A stretch of 51,956 bases of DNA from Thermoplasmata archaeon. GTDB lineage: Archaea > Thermoplasmatota > Thermoplasmata > Lutacidiplasmatales > UBA184. The DNA lies in assembly GCA_028864975.1 (NCBI GenBank), contig JAGWLG010000026.1:1-51956 (forward strand), given 5' to 3'. The position numbers and the translations under genes are program-made. The number at the start of each line of letters is the position of its first letter. Position 1 is the first letter of the stretch. Shown here in pieces: positions 44,177-51,956 of this stretch. The notes below the pieces were generated by a model that ran no database searches, was not told the origin of the DNA, and saw only the letters and a program-made list of their open reading frames with translations.

Positions 44177-46786
44177 TCACCTTCGAGAATACGGGCCAGG
44201 TGCACGAGGGGGTCCTGGCGGGACGCCGTACCCCGTGCCCCCGTACGGATCCGGGGCCATCTGATCGGGCCAAGCAGGGGTGGCGGGCCCGGGCGCGTAG
44301 GCCTCTCCCCCGTAGGGCCCCTCCGGAGGAGGGCCTTGTCGGCCCCTCCTTCGATGGATGACCAAGGCGAAGAGAGCGAGGACCACGGCGATCGGGAGGA
44401 TCAAGAGGACGAGGACCGGGACCCCGTCGACGCTCGACGCCCAGAACGGCGTCGCCACGGCCGCACCCGTCGGCACCGGCTCGACCGTGATTGTGACGGC
44501 CGAGCTCGAGGCGACATCGCCCGCACTGTCGTAGGCCCAGGCCTTCACCTGCACACTCCCGGGGGCAGAGAAGCTGATGGTGATCTGGGCGTGCGTGTAA
44601 GGGGAAGAGTTCCCGCCCTGGCTCGAATCGAGCACGAAGTAGCTGTAGGGAGGGAGGCCCCCCGAGGGCGCGACGGTGAACATCACAGGCTCGCCCACGT
44701 AGGCGCTCGTGGTGTTCGAGGTCAGTCCCGCCGTCATCGGGGGAGGGGGACCCGAGCTGGTCGGCGTGTAGACGGTGACCACGGTCGCGGAGGGGGTGGA
44801 ACGCCCCAACTGGTCGGAGACCGAGACCGAGATCCCGTAGTGTCCGCCGTGGGGAAAGGGGAACGTGCACGAGTCGGAGGCGCTCGTGCTGACCGGGCAG
44901 GAGGAGATGGGCGTGCTGTTCTCGTACCAGGCGTAGGTGTAGCTCGTCCCTCCGGAGGCGGTGGCCGTGCCCACTTGGGAGCTCCCGGAGGGAGCGTAGT
45001 ACGAGGTCATCGTGAGATTCAGCGTGAGCGGTGTTGGAGTGAACCCGAGGACCTGGACGGTGATCGTGGGTCGGCTGCGTGCCGTGGCCCCTTGGGCGTC
45101 CGTCGCCCACAGGACGTAGGTGTAGTTGCCGGCATGGGCGTAGCTCAAGGTCCAGGGGTTCTGCGTGCTCGTCGTGTTCGTACCGTTCAACGACCAGAGG
45201 TATCGGACGGGAGGAACACCACCCGTCGCGCTCCCCGACAGGATGTCGCTCGCGCCAAGCCCCACGGTCGGGCTCGAGGCCGCCGCCGTGACCGTGAGCG
45301 GGTCGACGGACCACGCCGTGAGGGTGCCTGAGGCCCAGATCGTCAAAGCGGTCGTGAGCACGTTCGGAGGGCTGGCCGCGACCCCGCCGGTGACGTTCCA
45401 TCCGACGAAGACCTTGCCGGAGCAGAGGCTCAGCGCGGCCGTGTCCTTTCCCGCGGGGACCGTCAGGCTCGCCCCGGAAGGCTGCACCACACCATTGAAC
45501 GAGACCTGCCCACAGCTCGAACTCAACGTAAGGGTCAGCAGGCTCGGGCTGCGTCCGTTCTCGGTCCACGTGTCGCCCGTCGCACAGCCGGCCCCGCAGC
45601 TTCCGCCGAAGAGCAGAAGGTAACCGTCCCGCGAATCGTTCGTCATGGCCACGGAGGCCCTCGGAGCCGGAGCGACCGTCATCGTCGAGGTGACGTTGGT
45701 CCAGGTCCCCCCGTTGTAGGTCCACGTGGCGTTGCCGACGGGACAGCTTTGGCTCACCGGGGGCGTGCAGCCTCCGAACATGACGACCGAGTTCGCGTTG
45801 CCGTCCCAGGCGATCCCCGAGAGCGCGAGCTCCCCCGGATCCCCGGCCACCGAACCCGTCCGGTTGGTCCAACTCCCGCTCTGGAACCACCAGGTGTCGG
45901 CCATCTCTCGTCCGCTCAGCACCGTGCCGGAGAGCGTCTCCCAAAGTCCGCCGTAGAGGAGCACATACCCCGCGGCGGGGTCGTAGGCGATGTTGGAGCC
46001 CGCACGGGCGCTCGGGGGGGCCCCCACCGAGGAGGTGATGTCGTTCCACAGGCCCCCCGAGAAGGTCCACGTGTCCGAGTACATCGTGACGCTCCCGATC
46101 AGATTGATCACGGCCACGTTCTCGCCCCCGAACGCGAGGACGACGTGGTCGGTCGGGTCGAAGGTGGAGCTCATCGAGAATCGTCCGGAAGGGGGTGTGC
46201 CGGCACTGGACGTGATGTTGGTCCAGTGGCCTCCCGAGAACTCCCAGGTGTCCGCGTAGTCGTTGAGCCAGTACCCTCCGCCCGTTACCGCAAGCCCGCC
46301 GAAGAGCAGCACCACCCCGTCCCGGGCGTCGTAGGTCATGAGCGGCGAGGCCCGGGCCGGAGGAGGCGAGCCCGCGGTCGACGTGATGTTGGACCACGTC
46401 CCGCCGGCGAAGGTCCAGGTGTCGTCGTGGGAGCTCGTTCCGCCTCCGTTCTCCCCGCCGAAGAGCACCACGTACCCATCATGGGCGTCATAGGTCATCC
46501 CCGCGCCCGTTCGCGCCGAGGGTCCCGTGCCAACGGAGGAGGACACGTCCTGCCACGCGACAGGGGTGGAGGCGGAGGACATACCCCACGAGGGTGGGAG
46601 CTCCTCTCCAGGGGGAACGGTTTGCTCAAGCATACGGTGGACCGACTCCAGCGCGCGGGGTCCCGGGCGGTTCGGCGGGGTAGAGGGAGCCGCCGTGGTG
46701 TCCCACCAGGCGGCGGTCGAGCTAGCGACCAGGAGAAAGCCGAGGACGAGGGCGAGCCCTCGAGGGCCCACGAGCGACCGGACCAT
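44177..46786 (-). CDS. Cell-surface Kelch/galactose-oxidase-like propeller protein with PKD domains and TM anchor
   Basis: Repeated PSAR..MTYDA..VVLFGG..DTWTF units, PKD-like segments, C-terminal TM and Pro/Tyr-rich tail. ATG 46786 preferred because an AGTTAAT TATA-like element lies about 27 bp upstream. Confidence 0.85.
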   Translation of the reverse strand: MVRSLVGPRGLALVLGFLLVASSTAAWWDTTAAPSTPPNRPGPRALESVHRMLEQTVPPGEELPPSWGMSSASTPVAWQDVSSSVGTGPSARTGAGMTYDAHDGYVVLFGGENGGGTSSHDDTWTFAGGTWSNITSTAGSPPPARASPLMTYDARDGVVLLFGGLAVTGGGYWLNDYADTWEFSGGHWTNITSSAGTPPSGRFSMSSTFDPTDHVVLAFGGENVAVINLIGSVTMYSDTWTFSGGLWNDITSSVGAPPSARAGSNIAYDPAAGYVLLYGGLWETLSGTVLSGREMADTWWFQSGSWTNRTGSVAGDPGELALSGIAWDGNANSVVMFGGCTPPVSQSCPVGNATWTYNGGTWTNVTSTMTVAPAPRASVAMTNDSRDGYLLLFGGSCGAGCATGDTWTENGRSPSLLTLTLSSSCGQVSFNGVVQPSGASLTVPAGKDTAALSLCSGKVFVGWNVTGGVAASPPNVLTTALTIWASGTLTAWSVDPLTVTAAASSPTVGLGASDILSGSATGGVPPVRYLWSLNGTNTTSTQNPWTLSYAHAGNYTYVLWATDAQGATARSRPTITVQVLGFTPTPLTLNLTMTSYYAPSGSSQVGTATASGGTSYTYAWYENSTPISSCPVSTSASDSCTFPFPHGGHYGISVSVSDQLGRSTPSATVVTVYTPTSSGPPPPMTAGLTSNTTSAYVGEPVMFTVAPSGGLPPYSYFVLDSSQGGNSSPYTHAQITISFSAPGSVQVKAWAYDSAGDVASSSAVTITVEPVPTGAAVATPFWASSVDGVPVLVLLILPIAVVLALFALVIHRRRGRQGPPPEGPYGGEAYAPGPATPAWPDQMAPDPYGGTGYGVPPGPPRAPGPYSRR

Positions 46787-46874
46787 CCCGGGAGCATGAG
46801 CTCCGCCCCCGATTAACTTCATGGACAGACCCTCTCGGGGTGCAGGGGGGTCGGTCCGAGAGCCACGGAGCGGC

Positions 46875-49800
46875 TCATCCAGGCGGAGCCGGTTCCTCCG
46901 GGGGAGGCCCGGAGGGAACCTCTTCCGCCCCTGCCCATGCCGAGGGCGGTCCCACTTCGGGCGGTCCGCGGCGTTTGCGGAGCGCGACCGCCATCAGAAG
47001 GGCCGCGGCGGCCACCGCCGCGATCAGAAGGCCCCAGAGCAGCCAGGGGATCCCCAGCAGACCCGCGCTCGAGGGGTTCGACTTGGTGGAGGACGGAGGG
47101 GCGACCGTGATCGTGATGGTCGCATGACCGACCTTGGCCGCGGCATCGGTCACGTTCAGGAACACCGTGTAGGTCCCGGCCGTGTGGAAGACGAAGCTCG
47201 TGTTCTGCGTCGACGCCGCGCCTCCCCCTCCGAAGCTCCAGGACCAATGGTAGGGCGGGGTGCCTCCCGCCGCGCCCCCGACGAAGTTGACGGTCAGCGG
47301 AGCCGTCCCCGAGGTGGGAGAGGGGGAGATGGTCGCCGTGGGGTTCCCCGGTCCGCTCCCGCCGCCGCCCGAGACCACCACCGAGGGGAGGGTGTAGGTC
47401 TGCGTGTGGGAGGCGGCGTCCGTAACCCCCAGGGTCGGCGTGAAGGTCCCCGACGCCGTGTACGAGTAGGTGAACGAGGGGGTCGCTCCGCTCTGGGTCT
47501 GCGTCGCGCCGTTGCCGAAGTTCCATACGTCAGAGTACGGAGCCGTCCCCCCGCTCACGGTCCCTGTGAACGTGACGGAGAGCGGCGCATTTCCGGTCGA
47601 GGTGGACTCGGAGGCCGAGACGGACAGCGGGTTCGGGGCGCTGACCGTCACGGTAGCGTTCAGCGGCACAGGACGGTCGAAGCCGTGGGTGATCATCACC
47701 GAGACCTTCCAGGTCCCTGCGGTGGAGCCCGCGGTCAGCGTCGTGGTGTTCCCGGTGCCCGTCGTGGAGAGCGTCCCCAAGGAGGCGCTCGAAAGGGACC
47801 AGGTATAGCTGCAACCGGAGAGGGGACGGCCGAACTGGTCGATGCCCTGGGCCCAGAACTGTTGGGTGGCTTGGGCGGCGAGGGTGATCGTTGTCGGGGT
47901 CTCGGTGCCGGACTTGAGAGCGGGGGCAGCGCTCGTGATGGTGACCGCGGAGCAACCCATCTGGGTCGTGCCGCTCCAGGTCACGTTCACACAGACCACC
48001 TCCGTGCCCAGCGTCGTCCCGGCCGCGAAGGCGACGTCCGTGGTGCCGGAACTCGAGTTGAGGGTCCCGAGCGCCGCATTGCTCAGGGTCCACTGGAAGG
48101 TCGCCGACGGAGGGTAGACCTTCCCCCCGGCCGACGTCGCGGCGGACGCGTGGAGGTTCGCGGTCCCGCCAGCCTGGACGCTCGGCCCCTGCGGGCTCAC
48201 GGTCGCCGAGGCCAGGGTGATGGAGGAGACGATGCTCGCGGGAACGCAGGCCAGCAGGGTCCTCCCCGAGTAGGTCGCGTTCTCGCAGATGTTGCCGGTC
48301 CCGACACTGGTGGCCGCGTTCCAGGTGGTCGTTGATCCGGGACCGGGGGAAGTGAGGGAGCCCAGGGAAGCGGGGTTCAGGCTCCACGCGAAGGTCGTCC
48401 CGGAGATCGAGTTCCCGCCCTGGTCGAGCGCGGTTGCCGTGAGCACGACCGAGCGGCCAGGGGTGGTGGCCGCGGGGTTCGGGGAGATCGACGTGGTCGT
48501 GAGTACCGGGGTTCCCGTCCCGGTCGCGCAAGGAACACGGGGGTCGAGGCACCTCCAGACCGGCTCGAGCGGGTTCCCTTCAGCGAGCTGGTCGTCGACC
48601 TGCATCGGGAAGGTGACCTTCGTGAGCTGAGAGCTGAAGATCGAGGGGTTCACGTTCATCTCGACGCGCTCCATCACGGCCAGAACGTTCGACGTGTTGA
48701 ACGTCGGGTGGACGACGTTTCCGCACGTCCCGCTCGTGAGACCGCAGGAGGCAGGGTTCGGGTTCCCCGTCTTCATGACGTTCGGTGGAGCGACCAGGAC
48801 GAAGGGGAACCTACGGCCGTTGTTGACGTGGTCCGGACCGTTCTGTCCGTCCTGGGTGTCGTCCTCGGAGATCGCGACGACGGTGTTGTTGCGATAGGTG
48901 CTGGTGCCGTTGAAGATGTCCTCGAGGATGAGGTTCATGGACTGGTCGTTCCACTGGATGCAGACGTCGTAGGAGACGCCCCCCGGGCATTGCGGGCCGG
49001 GGTGGTCGTCCGGGAGCCGGATGTACGTATAGGTCGGGAGCCCGTAGTCGGCGACGTAGGAGACGAAGCCGTAGGCAAGGTCCTGGTCTGCGATGGGCTT
49101 GAGTGCGCTGCAGGCGTCCTGGCAGACGAAGAGCATGTCGGGGATGTTCGTCGCGGGGTTGGTCACGGGAGGGATGGGGTTCACGGCCCCAGAGGTCGTG
49201 TTCGTCCACCAACCCTGGCTGCCCGTGCAGGTCAAGTGCTCCACAGCGACACTGTCGTGGGGATAGGGCCCAGGGATGCCGGTGCTGCTTGCGACACTGC
49301 AGCCCGGGGAGTCGAGCTCCCAGATGATGTCCCCGTCGATGAGGTAGGGGAGCGGTCCCCCGCTCTGCTTCACGTTCGGCCCCGTGAACCGGTCGAAGAC
49401 GCTCCCGTCCGAAGGGTAGTCCTGGGATCCGTCAGGGTACCACCCACAGTACCCGCTCTTCGCGCTCGAGCCGTTGTAGACCCCCCACTCCGTCGAGGGG
49501 CCATTCCCTTGAACCGTGGTCGAACATCCGTTGATGCCTCCATTGGTGTTGGTGTCGGCCGCGAGCAGGAAGGAGTGGGCCTGGGCGGAGTACGGATCCA
49601 CGCTGGAGTACATGTTGTCGAAAACGCTCCCCGTCTGCGCCCACTGGTGCAGGAAGGGAACATCGGCGATGTGGTTCGTCTGGCTCGTGTAGTCCTGGTT
49701 GTCGTTGCAGCTCTCGTTGATCGTGGAGTGGCAGTCCCCGAGGTAGTCGTCGAAGACGTGGTTCTCGCGAACGATGTAGACGAAGTGGGTCAAGTTGCTC

Positions 49801-49976
49801 GGGAAGGGCGGCAACCCATTGGCGAGAGGGGTGGCATCGACCGGCGCAGCGCCAAAGCCAGGGGTCGTGGTCGCCCCGGCCGATCCGCTCGAGCTCGTGC
49901 CGTGTACGGGAGGGAGGACCGTTACCGCCGCGATCGTCAGGGCAAGAGCCGCCCAGGTCCGTTTCGTGAGCCGCAT
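46875..49976 (-). CDS. Cell-surface phosphoesterase (phospholipase C / acid phosphatase-like) with Ig/PKD stalk and TM anchor
   Basis: YIVRENHVFDDYLG, LPDDH, ISEDDTQDG..DHV motifs; Ig-like SISPNPA/VSPQGP repeats; PKD APLSVTF..WNFGNG; C-terminal TM followed by RKRR. Confidence 0.85.
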   Translation of the reverse strand: MRLTKRTWAALALTIAAVTVLPPVHGTSSSGSAGATTTPGFGAAPVDATPLANGLPPFPSNLTHFVYIVRENHVFDDYLGDCHSTINESCNDNQDYTSQTNHIADVPFLHQWAQTGSVFDNMYSSVDPYSAQAHSFLLAADTNTNGGINGCSTTVQGNGPSTEWGVYNGSSAKSGYCGWYPDGSQDYPSDGSVFDRFTGPNVKQSGGPLPYLIDGDIIWELDSPGCSVASSTGIPGPYPHDSVAVEHLTCTGSQGWWTNTTSGAVNPIPPVTNPATNIPDMLFVCQDACSALKPIADQDLAYGFVSYVADYGLPTYTYIRLPDDHPGPQCPGGVSYDVCIQWNDQSMNLILEDIFNGTSTYRNNTVVAISEDDTQDGQNGPDHVNNGRRFPFVLVAPPNVMKTGNPNPASCGLTSGTCGNVVHPTFNTSNVLAVMERVEMNVNPSIFSSQLTKVTFPMQVDDQLAEGNPLEPVWRCLDPRVPCATGTGTPVLTTTSISPNPAATTPGRSVVLTATALDQGGNSISGTTFAWSLNPASLGSLTSPGPGSTTTWNAATSVGTGNICENATYSGRTLLACVPASIVSSITLASATVSPQGPSVQAGGTANLHASAATSAGGKVYPPSATFQWTLSNAALGTLNSSSGTTDVAFAAGTTLGTEVVCVNVTWSGTTQMGCSAVTITSAAPALKSGTETPTTITLAAQATQQFWAQGIDQFGRPLSGCSYTWSLSSASLGTLSTTGTGNTTTLTAGSTAGTWKVSVMITHGFDRPVPLNATVTVSAPNPLSVSASESTSTGNAPLSVTFTGTVSGGTAPYSDVWNFGNGATQTQSGATPSFTYSYTASGTFTPTLGVTDAASHTQTYTLPSVVVSGGGGSGPGNPTATISPSPTSGTAPLTVNFVGGAAGGTPPYHWSWSFGGGGAASTQNTSFVFHTAGTYTVFLNVTDAAAKVGHATITITVAPPSSTKSNPSSAGLLGIPWLLWGLLIAAVAAAALLMAVALRKRRGPPEVGPPSAWAGAEEVPSGPPPEEPAPPG

Positions 49977-50018
49977 GTTCGGGCGAAGGAGACCTCGAGG
50001 GTCGACCTCCTAGGCATG

Positions 50019-50024
50019 TATATA
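50019..50024. promoter_or_regulatory. Palindromic TATATA box between divergent genes
   Basis: TATATA in the divergent intergenic region, 43 bp upstream of ATG 49976 on the minus strand. Confidence 0.4.
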
Positions 50025-50113
50025 GGCCTGGGGAAGGACGGGACGGACCGGGCGGTCGACGCCTCCCAAATACCTATACTGAGAGCGCGTTCCTCGCCGA
50101 GAAGGTGTCCAAG

Positions 50114-50923
50114 ATGGAATCCAAGACCGTCCCCCCGTCGCTCTCCGTTTCGCGCGAAGGGAGCGTCGCCGTCGTCGCCTTCGACCGACCCGAGCGGCTG
50201 AACGCCTTCGGCTCCGAAGAACTACGGACGCTCCGTCGGACCCTCGGCGAGCTCTCACAGGACACGAGGGTACGCGCCGTCGTGCTGACCGGGCGAGGAA
50301 AGGCGTTCTCGGCCGGCGGTGACGTGGCGTCGATGCAGGAGTGGCTCAGGAAGGGTGACCTCCCCACCGCGTTCCACGACCTGGTCGGAGAGCAGGAGCG
50401 CTGCATCCGAGAGATCATGGAAATGGCGAAGCCGGTCCTTGCGGCGATCCCCGGGGTCGCCGCGGGGGGTGGACTCTCCATGGCGCTCGCGTGCGACTGG
50501 CGCATCGCCGCGCCCGAGGCGACCCTGGTGACCGCCTTCCTCCAGCTCGGGGGCATCCCGGACGGGGGCCTCACCTATCTGCTTCCTCACTACCTCGGGA
50601 TAGGGGGTGCGCAGGAACTTCTGTTCGGTCCTGGGAAAGTGAAGGCCGAGCGCGCGCGGGAGCTAGGACTCCTTCACGAGATCGTCCCAACGGAGCGATT
50701 GATGGCGCGGGCGCTCGAGCGGGCGACAGAGCTCGCGAAATTGCCACTCTCCTCCTTCGGGTGGACGAAACGGCTGCTTGTGACCTCGTACGGGGGCACG
50801 CTCGAGACGCAGCTCGCGCTGGAGCGTCGCGGTATGGTCGAGGCGGCCCGTGGGAAGGAACTGCCAGAGGGGATCGCGGCCTTCCTCGAGAAGCGGCCAC
50901 CGAGGTTCGAAGCGATCGGTTGA
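50114..50923 (+). CDS. Enoyl-CoA hydratase/isomerase (crotonase; PaaG-like)
   Basis: RPERLNA, FSAGGDV, AAGGGLSMALACDWRIA and GGIPDGG motifs. Confidence 0.92.
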   Translation: MESKTVPPSLSVSREGSVAVVAFDRPERLNAFGSEELRTLRRTLGELSQDTRVRAVVLTGRGKAFSAGGDVASMQEWLRKGDLPTAFHDLVGEQERCIREIMEMAKPVLAAIPGVAAGGGLSMALACDWRIAAPEATLVTAFLQLGGIPDGGLTYLLPHYLGIGGAQELLFGPGKVKAERARELGLLHEIVPTERLMARALERATELAKLPLSSFGWTKRLLVTSYGGTLETQLALERRGMVEAARGKELPEGIAAFLEKRPPRFEAIG

Positions 50924-51009
50924 CCTCCCGGGACCTACCTGAGCGTGCCCTTGCGATTGTGGGGAGCGCACCGACGGCGATATCAAGCCCCGAGAGGGAT
51001 GACGTTGCG

Positions 51010-51956
51010 ATGCGCCGGACCTGGAGGAGACTCCTTCTCCCCTCGGCATCTCTCCTCGTCCTCGTGCTTTCGCTCTTCGCGACCACCGTTGCGGGTCCCT
51101 CCCCTGGTCCAGCGGTGACATCAAGAGCCGAGAACTTCCGCCCCGACCTCACCTCGCCCGGCACCACCTACGTTCCCGTTCAGCTGAGCTTCAATCCCTC
51201 GCCAGCCGACGGAGAGGTCTTTGTCTCGAACGGCTCCACGGTGCTGACGGAGACCGCGAACACCACGCTTCACCTGGCCGTCGGCAGCTATCCCATCTCG
51301 GCGCTAGCCGCGAAGGGGTTCGTCTTCAGTCTATGGGTGACGAACGGAGAGATCTCGGTTTCCGCTCCGAACGCCTCCTCCTCCACGCTGACGGTCACCT
51401 CGGGGGGCGGTAGCCTCCAAGTGCAGTTCGTCCTCGCGCCAGGGTCGAACGGATCTCTTTCCATCTGGATTTGGGTCGGCGTCGGCACCATCCTGGTCGC
51501 CATCGTGGTCGCCACCCTGATGTGGCGACGGACAAGGTCAGGTTCGTCCTCCCGAGAATCCTCGCCCGTCCAACCCCGCTCTGGCGGCACCGCTTCCCCC
51601 CGTCCATCCCTCGACCGATGGCCCAAGAGCTCCCTTTCCGTCTGGGAGCGGGTGCATGAGGAGGAGCTTTGGACCGCAGTGCGGTCCGGCCCGATCCCAG
51701 CCGCCTCGCTCCTCTGTTTCACGTGGGGCCGGGCGGACCGCGTCGCCACGAAGTACGGCCTCGGAGGAGCGAAGGTCGTCCGGCTTTCCCGTAGCGACTC
51801 CGCGGACGCATCCGATGATCGGGTCCGACCGAGCGACCTGGACCGATTGGCGGACCACATCGAGAAGCACCTTCTGCTCGGCGAAGGTCGAGGGGTGGTC
51901 CTTCCTGGCGTCGAAGGGCTGGTCGCGGCCTCGGGGATCAAGAACGTGAACCGGCT
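51010..51956 (+). CDS. Single-pass membrane protein: signal peptide, extracellular beta domain, TM, cytoplasmic DUF835-like domain (3' truncated)
   Basis: Hand-translated open frame from ATG 51010 to the window end: MRRTWRRLLLPSASLLVLVLSLFA signal; IWIWVGVGTILVAIVVATLMWRR TM; then VVRLSR..RVRPSDLDRLADHIEKHL..GVVLPGVEGLV. Missing from the ORF track because it has no stop in the window. Confidence 0.8.
   Translation, partial: MRRTWRRLLLPSASLLVLVLSLFATTVAGPSPGPAVTSRAENFRPDLTSPGTTYVPVQLSFNPSPADGEVFVSNGSTVLTETANTTLHLAVGSYPISALAAKGFVFSLWVTNGEISVSAPNASSSTLTVTSGGGSLQVQFVLAPGSNGSLSIWIWVGVGTILVAIVVATLMWRRTRSGSSSRESSPVQPRSGGTASPRPSLDRWPKSSLSVWERVHEEELWTAVRSGPIPAASLLCFTWGRADRVATKYGLGGAKVVRLSRSDSADASDDRVRPSDLDRLADHIEKHLLLGEGRGVVLPGVEGLVAASGIKNVNR

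Noticed and set aside
43803-46397. 864-aa minus-strand and 586-aa plus-strand ORFs overlapping the Kelch-PKD gene
   Set aside because: Arg/Gly-rich alternative frames of a real gene; no independent coding signal.
44177-49976. Repetitive-looking DNA in the Kelch and PKD regions as a possible CRISPR or tandem repeat
   Set aside because: The repeats are degenerate protein-level units within open frames; no identical repeat-spacer pattern.
1-51956. tRNA, rRNA, transposase, integrase or CRISPR features
   Set aside because: None recognised by eye on either strand; a tRNAscan/Infernal run would be needed to exclude them formally.

Overview
High-GC archaeal chromosomal window. Archaeal FEN1 with a PIP box, PriS, RIO1-KH, PAC2, DUF835 proteins and PKD/Kelch surface proteins suggest a Thermoplasmata-like organism (inference). 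It is densely coding, with about 45 CDS; no rRNA, tRNA, CRISPR array or transposase was recognised. Main blocks: (1) a tandem-RHH (CdrS-like) regulator followed by a strongly degenerate, truncated FtsZ-like protein, with a repeat-rich candidate operator; (2) a VapBC toxin-antitoxin pair; (3) Roadblock, PAC2, FEN1 and an ABC exporter; (4) ftcD coupled to a RibD-type reductase, and a STAND ATPase-TPR protein with a DUF835 domain inserted inside its NTPase domain; (5) priS/KH/rio1 and NfeD-SPFH; (6) an accessory block with a VWA-PKD surface protein, nucleotidyltransferase, blue copper protein, two methyltransferases, a propeller protein and a CrtC/AttH-lipocalin + prenyl diphosphate synthase fusion; (7) a coproporphyrin-dependent heme cluster (hemA C D B Q L E + radical SAM; convergent hemH + CopD/HemJ-like gene) with no hemY/cgoX; (8) Kelch-PKD and phosphoesterase-PKD surface proteins, a crotonase, and a receptor-like DUF835 protein cut by the right edge and absent from the ORF track. 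All family calls come from motif recognition by eye; no searches were run. Many start codons were moved downstream of the ORF-track start.
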